DNA of 63,092 nucleotides from a virus (IMGVR_UViG_3300036852_000204:1-63092); one strand, 5' to 3'. Numbered from the stretch's first letter, positions 1-8,995 are shown. Notes: a model not told the origin generated them from the sequence alone. Made by a program: numbers and translations.

Positions 1-106
1 CGTGCCTGCCCATCTGCCTGTGCCGATGGATGTTCGCTACAAGATGGTAGCGGAGCGCCTTCTGCGCAAGCTGCGTGATTTGCAGAAGAAACCTGTTACT
101 GATTGA
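1..106 (+). CDS. 3' part of small hypothetical protein that starts at 62998 and wraps the junction
   Basis: In-frame continuation ...DIVPAHLPVPMDVRYKMVAERLLRKLRDLQKKPVTD*. Confidence 0.7.
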   Translation, partial: VPAHLPVPMDVRYKMVAERLLRKLRDLQKKPVTD

Positions 107-156
107 GGAGCGCATAACCAAAGAATCTTTGGTCGTGCAGCGAAAGGAGGCGTGGC

Positions 157-273
157 ATGCCGACGCTCGATGAAATCCTAGACGACGCCCTCGTGGCCGT
201 TGCGCTCGATGGTGCAAACCCGGTTGCAGTACGTGAGAAGCTGAAAGCGGCGCTCGCGCCCTACCTGAAATAG
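157..273 (+). CDS. Small hypothetical protein (38 aa)
   Basis: AAGGAGG RBS, ATG at 157, MPTLDEILDD...LAPYLK*. Confidence 0.6.
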   Translation: MPTLDEILDDALVAVALDGANPVAVREKLKAALAPYLK

Positions 274-400
274 GAGGCGTCCTTACTAGCTCCAGGCGCT
301 TCGTAAAGAGGTCTTTACCAAGGAAGCGTTCCGGGTGCGGGGAGGTTGTATGAGCCCGCCGAGGCGTTCTTAACGATGAGAAAAAAGAGCACACAGGCAC

Positions 401-623
401 TGTGTCATTTTCTGTGCTACTGACCGACGATGTTTTCGGTGCGTTCTGGGTGCTCCTGATCGACTAAACCCATATTTATCAAGACTTGTAGCCATTGCCG
501 GCTAGATTGTGGATCTAGAGGTCGCCCGTTCGATCCGGGCAGGCGGTACCACAGCAAAATCAACGTCTTACCCACCGTTTCCGCTTCACTCGCTTTACGC
601 CGGGTGTGCTATTTTTTGTGTCA
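401..623. other. attP region: putative integrase arm sites, core and IHF box
   Basis: TGTGTCA-N5-TGTGCTA (401-419) and TGTGCTA-N5-TGTGTCA (605-623) flank the tRNA-derived core; AATCAACGTCTTA (558-570) matches IHF consensus WATCAANNNNTTR. Confidence 0.75.
501..551 (+). tRNA. 3' half of tRNA-His(GTG) used as att core; not a complete tRNA
   Basis: Anticodon arm CTAGA-TTGTGGA-TCTAG, T arm GCCCG-TTCGATC-CGGGC, ends ACCA; no D arm or 5' acceptor strand upstream. Confidence 0.9.
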
Positions 624-1741
624 CGAGCGCGGCCCTTTTCGAGTGCCTTATGCAAGTTATCGACGGTCAGGAACGCATAGTGTCGCTCCGTGACGCTGAT
701 CGATTTGTGGCCAAGCCACTTGCTCACCTCTTCCATAGACAACCCGTGCTCCTGCAACAATCGACACCCGCAGGTCCGCCGAAGGTCATGCCACGAGAAC
801 GGATCTAGCCCCGCTTTGATGACAGGGCCTCCCGCGAACTGGTTCGCGCGACCTTGCCGGCGGATGATGGCCGTGCCTGCGAAATGGCGCAGGGCCTTGT
901 CAAAATTTGAACGCGGACCTTTGCCGCCGAGGGCTGGGAATATCCACTCGCTAGCCGTCTCCTCCTGCATCTGCTTCAGAAGGGCCAGCGAACGGGGCAG
1001 GAGGGGCACCCAGCGGTCCTTCTTGGACTTGGCCACCTCCTTCCTCACCCGCACATTCCCCCGCTCAAAGCTGATATCCGGCCAGCGCATGTTGCACAGC
1101 TCGGCCAGGCGCAGCCCCGTGTCGATGGCGATGATGACGGCGCGCTTCAGGGTCAGCCGGCCGGCGTGGTCGGCGCTGCCGGCGGCGATCCAGGTATCCA
1201 GCAAGGCGAGGACGGCTTCCTCCTCGCCTCTGGTCAGCCAGCGCACGCGCGGCTCCCCACGCCTCACCTTGAGGGCGTTGGCCTTCATGTAGCGCTGCAC
1301 AGGGTTGCGGTCGATCAGGGACCACCCCTCGGCCTTGCTCATGATTGAACTGAGCACGGCCAGTTCGCTCCTGACCCCTCCGCTCGTGATCCCGTCGGCC
1401 AGCCTGGTCCTGACGAAGTTGTCGATCACGGCGTTGTCGATGTCCCGTACAACCTTATCGAACAGCCCGCCGACGGACAGCGCCTTGATGGCCCAGAAGT
1501 AGGTTTCCTGCGTGCCCGGCTTCAGGTGCTTGAAGTGCTCGCGCTTGTATCGCTCCGCTAGATCCTGCCAGAGCGTGTGGATGTCTCCGCCCGACTTGTG
1601 GGTGGAGAGGATGCTGGCGGCCCTGTTCTCGGCTTCGGCTCTGTTGCTGGTCTTGAGCGATAGCCGGTTGTACTTGCCCTTCGCCCCCGTAGGAACGCGG
1701 ACGTAGTAGTTGCCGTCTTCTCGCTGGTAGAGGCCGCGCAT
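560..1741 (-). CDS. int: Tyrosine recombinase, phage integrase
   Basis: TGLRLAEL, HDLRR, WLGH, TERHY catalytic motifs; adjacent to att core. Confidence 0.96.
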   Translation of the reverse strand: MRGLYQREDGNYYVRVPTGAKGKYNRLSLKTSNRAEAENRAASILSTHKSGGDIHTLWQDLAERYKREHFKHLKPGTQETYFWAIKALSVGGLFDKVVRDIDNAVIDNFVRTRLADGITSGGVRSELAVLSSIMSKAEGWSLIDRNPVQRYMKANALKVRRGEPRVRWLTRGEEEAVLALLDTWIAAGSADHAGRLTLKRAVIIAIDTGLRLAELCNMRWPDISFERGNVRVRKEVAKSKKDRWVPLLPRSLALLKQMQEETASEWIFPALGGKGPRSNFDKALRHFAGTAIIRRQGRANQFAGGPVIKAGLDPFSWHDLRRTCGCRLLQEHGLSMEEVSKWLGHKSISVTERHYAFLTVDNLHKALEKGRARDTKNSTPGVKRVKRKRWVRR

Positions 1742-1742
1742 T

Positions 1743-2174
1743 TCAATCCCACGCTTTCATTGTCGCTGGCGTCGGCGCCGGTTCCCATGCCAGCCAGTGG
1801 GTTGGCCGCAACCCGCCGCAGCTCAGGCAGGCGTGCCAGGCATCTTCCTCTACTGGGCGCCACTCGCCGTGCTTGCACGCTATCACCGGCCAATCGCAGG
1901 GTGGAATTCCAGCCCATCGTTTCGGCTTTTCTCTGATCGGCTTTGAGTACCACCACGATGCGACCGGATACCCGAATACTTCGCCGTCCCACAGCAGCAC
2001 GACTGAGCCATCTTTAGGCGCCGTCTCTATCGGCTGCCAAGGCGCTTGCTCATGATGCTGCCGGTGCGACCGCCCTTGCGCTTGTGCTTGCGCGTCGCCT
2101 TCTCGCCGTGGCGCAGTCTCGCCTTTGCACCGCGACGTTTGCGGCGAGTGTGAGTCGTGTGGCTCGACATTCAT
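1743..2174 (-). CDS. DUF551-like phage protein (true start uncertain)
   Basis: WQPIETAPKDG...PTHWLAW signature. Confidence 0.7.
   Translation of the reverse strand: MNVEPHDSHSPQTSRCKGETAPRREGDAQAQAQGRSHRQHHEQAPWQPIETAPKDGSVVLLWDGEVFGYPVASWWYSKPIREKPKRWAGIPPCDWPVIACKHGEWRPVEEDAWHACLSCGGLRPTHWLAWEPAPTPATMKAWD
2027..2170 (-). CDS. Very basic small peptide (47 aa)
   Basis: MSSHTTHTRRKRRGAKARLRHGEKATRKHKRKGG...; ATG directly follows upstream stop. Confidence 0.4.
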   Translation of the reverse strand: MSSHTTHTRRKRRGAKARLRHGEKATRKHKRKGGRTGSIMSKRLGSR

Positions 2175-2266
2175 TTAGCTCTCTTGCGGTCTCGTTCACG
2201 AATACGCCGCTGCTTCTGCTTGCCCTTGTGGCGGGATGTCCGCTTTGGACTAGTCCTCTTACTCAT
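2171..2266 (-). CDS. Very basic small peptide (31 aa)
   Basis: MSKRTSPKRTSRHKGKQKQRRIRERDRKRAK*. Confidence 0.4.
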   Translation of the reverse strand: MSKRTSPKRTSRHKGKQKQRRIRERDRKRAK

Positions 2267-2335
2267 TGATGTTGTTCCGTTATCGGAAAACCGATGACGA
2301 CCCGGAACTTTACGATTTTACCGTAAAGTTCGCGC

Positions 2336-2620
2336 TCATTCAGCGTCTAGTCCCCATTGCAAGTAGGTCCGCACCTGCTCGGCAAGGCTAAGCCTATTAC
2401 GGCGCGCTGCTTCTCTGACGGCTAAATAAAGCTCAGTGTCCATTTCAACGCTCAGCTTTTTCAGCTCGCCGTCAATGAAGCCAGTGGCCCGGATGCGCGG
2501 GCTAGAGCCCTTCCGACTTGAGCATCCCCGCCGGCTCCAAACTGTGCGGACGTAAGCTGCGCTGGTTCCCAGTTCACGAGCCTGGCGATGTCGCCGCCAT
2601 GATCTGGTCGGACAGTTTCA
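2336..2620 (-). pseudogene. Probably frameshifted HTH plus ribbon-helix-helix regulator
   Basis: Open frame ARELGTSAAYVRTVW...KLSVEMDTELYLAVREAARRNRLSLAEQVRTYLQWGL* has no upstream in-frame ATG/GTG/TTG; coupled ATG (MKLSDQIMA) is in another frame. Confidence 0.5.
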
Positions 2621-2938
2621 TCACCCCGCCTTCCTGAACCCCTCCAGCCACTCGTTCATCTCCACATTACGTGGCTTACGTGGGCCGGACTTGCCTCTGG
2701 TCTTGCGCTTCGTTTCACGCGGAACCTTGCCGGCTCTGAGATCGCGAACGTACCTGTCGAAGGCGTCGGGATCAAAGCGCCAGTGTCCGGACTCACCCTG
2801 CGTCCTGTAGGCACCGGGAATCCCACCGTGCTCCTTGTCTGCCGCCTTCTGGATCACCCATGATCTGGATACGCCAAGGATCTTGGCGGCTTCCTCTGGG
2901 AGATAGGCGGGGCGAATTGATTCAAGGCTTTGTTTCAT
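2621..2938 (-). CDS. xis: Excisionase-like HTH DNA-binding protein
   Basis: YLPEEAAKILGVSRSWV...IPGAYR...WRF MerR-like HTH upstream of int. Confidence 0.75.
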   Translation of the reverse strand: MKQSLESIRPAYLPEEAAKILGVSRSWVIQKAADKEHGGIPGAYRTQGESGHWRFDPDAFDRYVRDLRAGKVPRETKRKTRGKSGPRKPRNVEMNEWLEGFRKAG

Positions 2939-2970
2939 CTGCCTGACCCTTGGAAATAGTCACCCCGGCG
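2921..2970 (+). repeat. Tripartite 50-bp motif, copy 1
   Basis: TTCAAGGC-N24-GAAATAGTCACCCCGGCG. Confidence 0.9.
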
Positions 2971-3188
2971 TTGTCTTCCGCGCGACTGAACGACAGCGCC
3001 ATGCCGCCAATTTGGCCAGCGGCCAAACCAAGCACGAGTGCTGTGCGCAAGACGATGTCCTCGGGCATCGAAAACACCAACCAGCCGGCGCAAAACCCGC
3101 CACCCATTGCAAGGAAGACCGTCGCCATGGCCCGCAAGAATGCGGGAACCGGGACGGGTTTGTAGTTAACGACACCCTCATCTGTCAT
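2922..3188 (-). CDS. Small two-TM membrane protein ending inside motif copy 1
   Basis: Two hydrophobic segments; C-terminus AGVTISKGQADETKP* is encoded by the repeat. Confidence 0.65.
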   Translation of the reverse strand: MTDEGVVNYKPVPVPAFLRAMATVFLAMGGGFCAGWLVFSMPEDIVLRTALVLGLAAGQIGGMALSFSRAEDNAGVTISKGQADETKP

Positions 3189-3373
3189 GCTGGCGCCCCT
3201 CCGGCTGGAGGCTCAGGTAATGGCATCCAGTGTGTTGGCTCCGCATCAAACGAGACACCGTCGCAAAGCCAGCCGCGCCCGTTGTCGTAGCCAACCCGCA
3301 TTTCCGATGTGCCGGCCCAACACAGAAGAATGTCCCGACCGGCTGGAGCGGTCTTGATGGGCTGCCACGTCAT
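3185..3373 (-). CDS. DUF551-like protein
   Basis: MTWQPIKTAP...PTHWMPLPEPP. Confidence 0.8.
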   Translation of the reverse strand: MTWQPIKTAPAGRDILLCWAGTSEMRVGYDNGRGWLCDGVSFDAEPTHWMPLPEPPAGGAPA

Positions 3374-3408
3374 TCCACGTCCTCCCCGATCTTCACGACG
3401 CGCCGAGG

Positions 3409-3672
3409 TCATCCGGGTAGCCTTTTTTCCTCGCCGCACTTCAGGCACCTGCCGACGATACCGCCCTCCGGATGGCGCGCACCCTGCCAATCGTGCTCGC
3501 ACTCTTCATCCGTTGGTTGATCCTCTACGGCGATTGTTTCAAGACCGATCAAGGCGGCATCCTTGCCAACGAGCGTCGCCGCCCTCTGGCGTGCATTTTT
3601 CTCGCTGAAGAATGCCGCAACGCGCTCGATCTTTCCCGTCTCGTAGCGCTTGTAGACAACCCACATCTTCAT
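3409..3672 (-). CDS. Hypothetical protein with C-terminal CxH...CxxC
   Basis: Coupled to neighbours; CEHDW...RCLKCGE. Confidence 0.6.
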   Translation of the reverse strand: MKMWVVYKRYETGKIERVAAFFSEKNARQRAATLVGKDAALIGLETIAVEDQPTDEECEHDWQGARHPEGGIVGRCLKCGEEKRLPG

Positions 3673-4052
3673 GAATCCAACTCCTCTGCCTTGACGTACC
3701 TCTTGGCTCGCCAATCGAACACGTACCCCTCTGGGGGCTTCCTGAAGCCTTGCTTCCGGACGATGCCGTAGTGCTTGTCACGGACGCGTTTGCCTTTGCT
3801 GTTCTCAGTGATGTCGGTTTTTGTCTTAACGTCGTGGCAGGCTTCGTGCGCCGGCAGGACATTGGTTGGACTGTCGTCATCACTCAGAACGCGGCGAATG
3901 GTGTGCTCGGCGTCCCATTTCTCCCGCGCAGGGTCGATCTGCCCTTTGCAGATGTGACAGGTGAGCATGATCCGGCCGGTGACCGGATGAATCCACTTAT
4001 GTGCATCGAAGCACTCTCTTCTGACCTTCGTAGAGTTGGGACGGGAAGACAT
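3669..4052 (-). CDS. HNH-type endonuclease
   Basis: CHICK...WDAEH...NVLPAHEACHDVKT. Confidence 0.75.
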   Translation of the reverse strand: MSSRPNSTKVRRECFDAHKWIHPVTGRIMLTCHICKGQIDPAREKWDAEHTIRRVLSDDDSPTNVLPAHEACHDVKTKTDITENSKGKRVRDKHYGIVRKQGFRKPPEGYVFDWRAKRYVKAEELDS

Positions 4053-4054
4053 GA

Positions 4055-4104
4055 TTCAAGGCTTCGTTGCAGTTGACGGATTGTTGGAGATAGTCACCCC
4101 GGCG
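4055..4104 (+). repeat. Tripartite motif copy 2 (left IR of cassette A)
   Basis: TTCAAGGC-N24-GAGATAGTCACCCCGGCG. Confidence 0.92.
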
Positions 4105-4328
4105 TCTCCTCGTTTCATCAGGAGAATGTAACTGTCCATGCAGTCGCTAATGATCTCAAACAGCGTCTCGCGGTCTGGCTCACCGGTCGCGAGCGTCTCC
4201 ATGTAGCCGAGCGTGTTTGCAATCGCGGTGTAGATGATTGCCGTGTGGTGACCCGCGCACACGCTCATGATTTTCATCTGAAGTTCGTCGGCTTCTATTG
4301 CGCCGTTCGTCAGGTCCATCGGCATCAT
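4056..4328 (-). CDS. Hypothetical protein, cargo of cassette A
   Basis: AAGG RBS, ATG 12 nt inside copy 3; ends AGVTISNNPSTATKP* within copy 2. Confidence 0.65.
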   Translation of the reverse strand: MMPMDLTNGAIEADELQMKIMSVCAGHHTAIIYTAIANTLGYMETLATGEPDRETLFEIISDCMDSYILLMKRGDAGVTISNNPSTATKP

Positions 4329-4340
4329 CCTTGTTCTAAG

Positions 4341-4391
4341 CGCCGGGGTGACTATCTCGATTGGTCCGGCATGCAATGCGCACGCCTTGAT
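4341..4391 (-). repeat. Tripartite motif copy 3 (right IR of cassette A)
   Basis: CGCCGGGGTGACTATCTC-N25-GCCTTGAT; 18-mer is the perfect inverse of copy 2. Confidence 0.92.
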
Positions 4392-4505
4392 TCAAAATGG
4401 TGGTTCCACATCGAACTTCTTCTGTTTCCGGTCTCTCCGGTTGAGTTCGTAAATTATGCCAAGGGCGATGATGAGAAGGGCTAGGCCGATGATGATGGGT
4501 TCCAT
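4392..4505 (-). CDS. Small single-TM peptide
   Basis: MEPIIIGLALLIIALGIIYEL...; stop abuts motif copy 3. Confidence 0.55.
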   Translation of the reverse strand: MEPIIIGLALLIIALGIIYELNRRDRKQKKFDVEPPF

Positions 4506-4510
4506 GGCGG

Positions 4511-4948
4511 CTATGCTGCTTCTGCTTTCAGTTGATCGATAGGCCTTGTGTGGCCGTCCGTGAGAATTTCTGCCGCCTCCAAGAGCGCATGGAATTTGTC
4601 CGATGGCAAAGCGGCCCTGATCATGTCGATCACAGCGCGGTCTTTGGTGGCGTGGGCGCGCTGCTTTTCGATGCCGGCGAGACGCCCCTGCCTGTTCTGG
4701 CATTCGTCGCGATACAGCTTAGACCACTTGAGAGCGGCCTTGGCACGTGGAAGCCAGTCTAGCGGCTTGGCTGCGTTTTCCGTGGGATACGCCACCGCTT
4801 CGTGAAGATCGATTTGCAGTTCAATGTCGATGATCTTCTCTGACAGCGCATACTTCAACTCCATGAGGTCATCGACGCCCTTGCAGAGCGCGAAGTCTGG
4901 CCGGTCAATGTCGATGGTCGTGCCAGACGGCAAAGTAAAGTTGGGCAT
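4511..4948 (-). CDS. Hypothetical protein
   Basis: ORF coupled to upstream gene. Confidence 0.65.
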   Translation of the reverse strand: MPNFTLPSGTTIDIDRPDFALCKGVDDLMELKYALSEKIIDIELQIDLHEAVAYPTENAAKPLDWLPRAKAALKWSKLYRDECQNRQGRLAGIEKQRAHATKDRAVIDMIRAALPSDKFHALLEAAEILTDGHTRPIDQLKAEAA

Positions 4949-5433
4949 CACGCCGCTTCCTCTCGTAGCAACTGGTCCGCCCTTACCCCTAGTGCAGACT
5001 CGATTTCCGTCTCGATGGCCTCTCGGATCGGGCCGAACGCTTTTTGATCGAGCGTTGACCACGAGATCGACCGCGGCCTGAAGACCGCAATCGCGTCTCC
5101 ATGTACGCGAGTGAACGCGTAACTTCCCTCCGCAAGAGCCGCCTTAACTGCAGCTTCGACGGCGAGCGCAACCAGCTTGAACGCAACATCACGCTTCTCC
5201 TTGGGGAATAACTCGATGTCTTCAACGAAAATTGGAGTGGAGTCGTAGTGGCCTGCGCGACAGGTCAACCAAGCCCGAAGCTGGTCGACGGAGGCCGGCT
5301 GAAATTCGTGGGCCTCGGGCCACTGGTCGAACGCCTTCCCGATCATCCCGAACAGGCGCCTATGGTCGGCAGCGCTGCGGCCCTTGGTGAGCATCGAACC
5401 GCAATGCGGGCAAGAACGCTCGTGCCGTGTCAC
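4948..5433 (-). CDS. NinB/DUF1367-like recombination-associated protein
   Basis: RSAADHRRLFG...LRAWL...PRSISW...F pattern, next to RecT. Confidence 0.6.
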   Translation of the reverse strand: MTRHERSCPHCGSMLTKGRSAADHRRLFGMIGKAFDQWPEAHEFQPASVDQLRAWLTCRAGHYDSTPIFVEDIELFPKEKRDVAFKLVALAVEAAVKAALAEGSYAFTRVHGDAIAVFRPRSISWSTLDQKAFGPIREAIETEIESALGVRADQLLREEAA

Positions 5434-5649
5434 TTCTTCCTCCCGATCACGAAGGGCCGGACCCATTCCATATTCAGCTTCAGTTCGACGGAAATGTCCT
5501 CGTAGCCCCAGCCCTTGGCGGCCAGACGGTTGATCTCAGCAATGATGCCGGTCGTTGGAGCTTCCGTGGCTTTCATGGGGTGGTGATCCTTTAAGCCCTC
5601 GGCTTCCGAATTTGCCGTATGGGGACCGATGTTGCGTGAGGCGCATGGC

Positions 5650-6588
5650 TCACTCCGCTGCCTGAACGGCTTCGGCTGTTACTTTCTCCAACTCCTTCTT
5701 GAGCGCGAGCGCGCCGTCCTTGTCGCGTGCCCAATACTCGTTGAGGCCATGCCTGTTGCGCTCGCGCCAGAGCAGCACGACGGACGGCTCATCCGAGTGT
5801 TTCTTGATGAACTCCAACACACGGTCGCCGAACTTGCCGATGGGAACTGGCGTCAACGCCGCAGTCGGTTCCCACGATACGAGGATGGCATTCGAGCCGC
5901 CGACCGCCGCAAGCCGGCGCTCCGTCTCAACCGTTTCGATGATCTCAGTGGCGCTCAGTTCCAGCGTCTTGCCGGCGTCAAGGTCGCCGTCCACGTAGGA
6001 GCCCGCCGTCTCATTTGGCCAGCCCTTGCGGATAGCATCGGCCTCCACGCACTTTGCCAGCATGGTTTCCGGCATCGTGATCCAGTTGGTCTTTTTTGGG
6101 TCGAGCTGAAACTTGCCGCTCGGGCGGCGCTTGCCGTCTTCGCCGTTCTCCCAAATCTCCTTGATGGGAGCGCGCTCTTCCCACTTGAGGCGCGACACGC
6201 AAGGGAACCACTCACCGTGCGCGAAGCGATAGACTGCCACCTCGCAATCAACGATGCCCTTGGGGTTGAGCGGCCCAATCGCCTCCGGGTCGTATGTAAA
6301 GCGGGGCGGCTTGTCGTCTGGGCGGTAGTCGCGGGAGCGTGCGGCTATCTTGCGATAGAGGCCGATGCCCAGCACCGGAACCACGCGGCGCGTGGGCTTG
6401 TCGGCGTCGAACACAAAGAAGTAAATGTCCCGCGTGAACGGGTTGGCGCCGTACAGCTCGCACCACTCGATAGCCTCATCCACTTCTGGTCCGCGCAACT
6501 CCTTGCCGACCGTCTTGGTAAACAGCGACAACCGGCGCGGGTCGCTGCGCGAAAGGCCGCCGCTCTTAGCTAGAACGAGATTTGGCAT
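5650..6588 (-). CDS. recT: RecT/Red-beta-like single-strand annealing protein
   Basis: GANPFTRDIYF, IGLYRKIA, W..MPETMLAKCVEADAIRKGWP motifs. Confidence 0.88.
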   Translation of the reverse strand: MPNLVLAKSGGLSRSDPRRLSLFTKTVGKELRGPEVDEAIEWCELYGANPFTRDIYFFVFDADKPTRRVVPVLGIGLYRKIAARSRDYRPDDKPPRFTYDPEAIGPLNPKGIVDCEVAVYRFAHGEWFPCVSRLKWEERAPIKEIWENGEDGKRRPSGKFQLDPKKTNWITMPETMLAKCVEADAIRKGWPNETAGSYVDGDLDAGKTLELSATEIIETVETERRLAAVGGSNAILVSWEPTAALTPVPIGKFGDRVLEFIKKHSDEPSVVLLWRERNRHGLNEYWARDKDGALALKKELEKVTAEAVQAAE

Positions 6589-6593
6589 CGTAC

Positions 6594-7103
6594 TCACTCC
6601 CACCTGACTTGAAGGGTTTCGCCACCGTTGGAAAGCTGAGCGCCCGGTATCGCATCGCCGCCCTTGAGCGCATCCAATAGAGCCCGTTTGTCCAGCTTCG
6701 GGTCTGAAGGCTTCCAGAACATGCTTGGAATGTCGGCTTCCTCGACAACGACCACGCTGGGCGGTGTGCGCTTGCGCGTGATGGTGCCAACGTCGGTTTC
6801 GAACTTCGGCAAGCCGGCAAGCTCCATGGCCAGCAAGATCGCCTCGCGCAAGCTCCCCTGCTGGCCAGCAAGGCGTTCTCGCCTGCTCTTGAGCCTGTCG
6901 ATCATGTCGTCAATGCCGACGCCCATGGCGCGAATTTCAGCCAGCCGCACTAGGCCCGCGCGGATCGCCTCTTGGATGTTGGTCTCGCCCTCGACCATGT
7001 CCATCTTGGCCTGGTCGTCGTCGGCCAGGATGTCGCGATAGGTTGCAAGGAGAACCTTGGCGGCCTCAGTTTCCTTGTGCAGGGCGTGTGCCGGCTCTGA
7101 CAT
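6594..7103 (-). CDS. Siphovirus Gp157-family protein
   Basis: Coiled coil then PPSVVVVEEADIP...KLDKRALLDALK.G..IPGAQL. Confidence 0.85.
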   Translation of the reverse strand: MSEPAHALHKETEAAKVLLATYRDILADDDQAKMDMVEGETNIQEAIRAGLVRLAEIRAMGVGIDDMIDRLKSRRERLAGQQGSLREAILLAMELAGLPKFETDVGTITRKRTPPSVVVVEEADIPSMFWKPSDPKLDKRALLDALKGGDAIPGAQLSNGGETLQVRWE

Positions 7104-7109
7104 GACTGG

Positions 7110-7301
7110 CTACTCCTTGACTTGTTTCGGTGGCTTCGGCAGTGGCAACCAGTGGGTAGGCTTACGTGGATGCCCCACCGGATGATGATCAACGCGGATC
7201 ATCTCGGGCTGTACGCTCTTCTGCCAACCCGTCACCGTCTCCGGGTAGAACAGGATCAGCAGCTTTCCTGTCGGCGCAGTTTCGATGGGCTGCCATTCCA
7301 T
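7110..7301 (-). CDS. DUF551-like protein
   Basis: MEWQPIETAP...PTHWLPLPKPP. Confidence 0.85.
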   Translation of the reverse strand: MEWQPIETAPTGKLLILFYPETVTGWQKSVQPEMIRVDHHPVGHPRKPTHWLPLPKPPKQVKE

Positions 7302-7304
7302 CGC

Positions 7305-8392
7305 TCAAAACTCCGTCCCTGAGTTCTCCGGCAGATCGACCGCCATCAGAACCTCGCGCAGATGCTGGATCGCTGCATCCGCGCTCTCGTTATCCCGTAT
7401 CAAGGCCAAGCCGTTGGTGATCAGCTCCTTGCCCTGCTGGATTTTCAGAAGGCGGAACTGTTCTTCGCGTTCGGCGCGTTCCTTCGGGGTGCGGGCGTTG
7501 AGGATGGAGATCGAGCCTTGCAGGTCAGCCATGAGGTAGGGCCTCGACAGGTTGACGATGCAGTCCTTCGCCATCGCATCGATCCTCGCCTTGCTCTCTG
7601 GCGTCTTTGGCTCCTGGCGCTCGATGGATGTCACAGGACCACGCATAAAGGTGACGACGTTGCTCATGGGCGTGAGACCTTCTCGACAGGAGCGCCGTTC
7701 GAATACTCAACGATCTTGGTGTTGATGCAGGCGATCATCTCGCGTGCCGCCCACTCGACACCCGCATAGAACTCAGCCGTTTGCGGTATCGTCTTTCGGC
7801 CAGGATCGATCATGTCGCACGCAAAGCGGTAGGCGACGCGCAGGCCATCTTCGTAAGTGGCGCTCATTGCACGGTCTCCGTCTCATGGGCGGTCTTTTCG
7901 ACCGGCGCGAACACTTCCAACTCTCCAATCTCAGCCAACTCGTCTTTGGAGAATTGCGACACGAAGTGGTGCGCTTCCTCTGGGCTGTCGGCCTTGACCT
8001 CAACCTCGCCGTCGATGGAGAAGTGGACCTTGTAGGTGATCATGGGCTTGCCTCCGCACGTTTGCGCCGCCTGTAATCTCGCTGCCAGCGCCGTTCCTTC
8101 GCGCAAAAGGCTGGATTGCGGGCTCGCTTCTGCCTCACCCATTCTGCGTGGTAGCCGGGCGGGGTTGCGCGAGTGACCCTGACGTATTGAAGCGAGCAGC
8201 CAACCTCTTCGGCGATAGCAGCGACGGACCAACCAAGGGCCAGAAACCCGCGAATGCGCTCCTTTTTGGTCATCGGTGCAGCACTCCATAAAGAGCCACG
8301 GTCAAGGCCACGGACCCGAAAGTCAGCAAGAGGCTCATCGCTAGCCAGAAGGCGACGGGTCGGATGCCGTGTTGATTGATGTCGTCGGTCAT
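7305..8392 (-). other. Run of coupled small early ORFs (7305-7667, 7664-7867, 7864-8043, 8040-8273 HTH-like, 8270-8392 TM peptide)
   Basis: ATGA-type stop/start overlaps; IAEEVGCSLQYVR HTH in 8040-8273. Confidence 0.65.
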
Positions 8393-8394
8393 GG

Positions 8395-8445
8395 TTCACG
8401 GCTTCGTTGGTTGATGACGCGCACTTGGAGATAGTCACCCCGGCC
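8395..8445 (+). repeat. Tripartite motif copy 4 (left IR of cassette B)
   Basis: TTCACGGC-N25-GAGATAGTCACCCCGGCC. Confidence 0.92.
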
Positions 8446-8783
8446 TAGTACGAAGTGCTTCCGTCCGGTCCCGGTGGGCGCTCCATGTAGTGCGTGACGT
8501 ATTCTGCCCGCAGTTCAAGTTCCTCCATCTTCAGAATGTGGAACCACCTGCCGCACGGCTTTCTGTAGGCGTCGGTAATCCGCCACGCGTCTGACATTCC
8601 GAACGATGAAGGCGAGGCGCCCACGCTTAGCCAGAGGTCCACGCGGTCAAGTTGCGAACGCTCAGCGTCGAATTCCCTGATCGATTTCCAAGCCCCCATG
8701 TTCTTCCGTGATTTGGTGGCTTCGCCGGCTTCCCTGGCCCTTTCTTCCCAAGGCCTCTCCTGGTCGTCCATTACGCTGCCCAT
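8445..8783 (-). CDS. Hypothetical (divergent DUF551-like) protein, cargo of cassette B
   Basis: AGGAG/GAGG RBS; WKSI...VTHYMERPPGP; stop abuts copy 4. Confidence 0.7.
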   Translation of the reverse strand: MGSVMDDQERPWEERAREAGEATKSRKNMGAWKSIREFDAERSQLDRVDLWLSVGASPSSFGMSDAWRITDAYRKPCGRWFHILKMEELELRAEYVTHYMERPPGPDGSTSY

Positions 8784-8807
8784 CTTCCTCGCTCCTATTC
8801 ACCATTT

Positions 8808-8858
8808 GGCCGGGGTGACTATCTCTGCTGGTCCGGCAAAATCTTCGCTGGCCTTGAA
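8808..8858 (-). repeat. Tripartite motif copy 5 (right IR of cassette B)
   Basis: GGCCGGGGTGACTATCTC-N25-GCCTTGAA; 18-mer is the perfect inverse of copy 4. Confidence 0.92.
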
Positions 8859-8995
8859 TTCAATCTGGAACCGGGAGTACCCGGCAGCGTTTGGAGAGAA
8901 GCCATTCACCTACAAACGCCACCGGGTTCCCCCCGCATCACCTGACGGACCCTCGGACGGACGACCCCGCGCGCCCAACCGTCAGGCAAACTGGT

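Noticed and set aside
470-551. Complete tRNA-His gene
   Set aside because: No 5' acceptor strand or D arm; it is only the att core
5629-6573. Long antisense ORFs (also 14521-15249, 45261-45983, 52448-53236, 53333-54256, 62289-63080)
   Set aside because: Shadows of well-supported genes in high-GC DNA, with no recognisable motifs
2921-8858. Motif as a TIGR-like guide array or sigma70 promoter
   Set aside because: Copies are dispersed and inverted rather than tandem, no Nop-domain protein was recognised, and there is no consistent -35/-10 spacing
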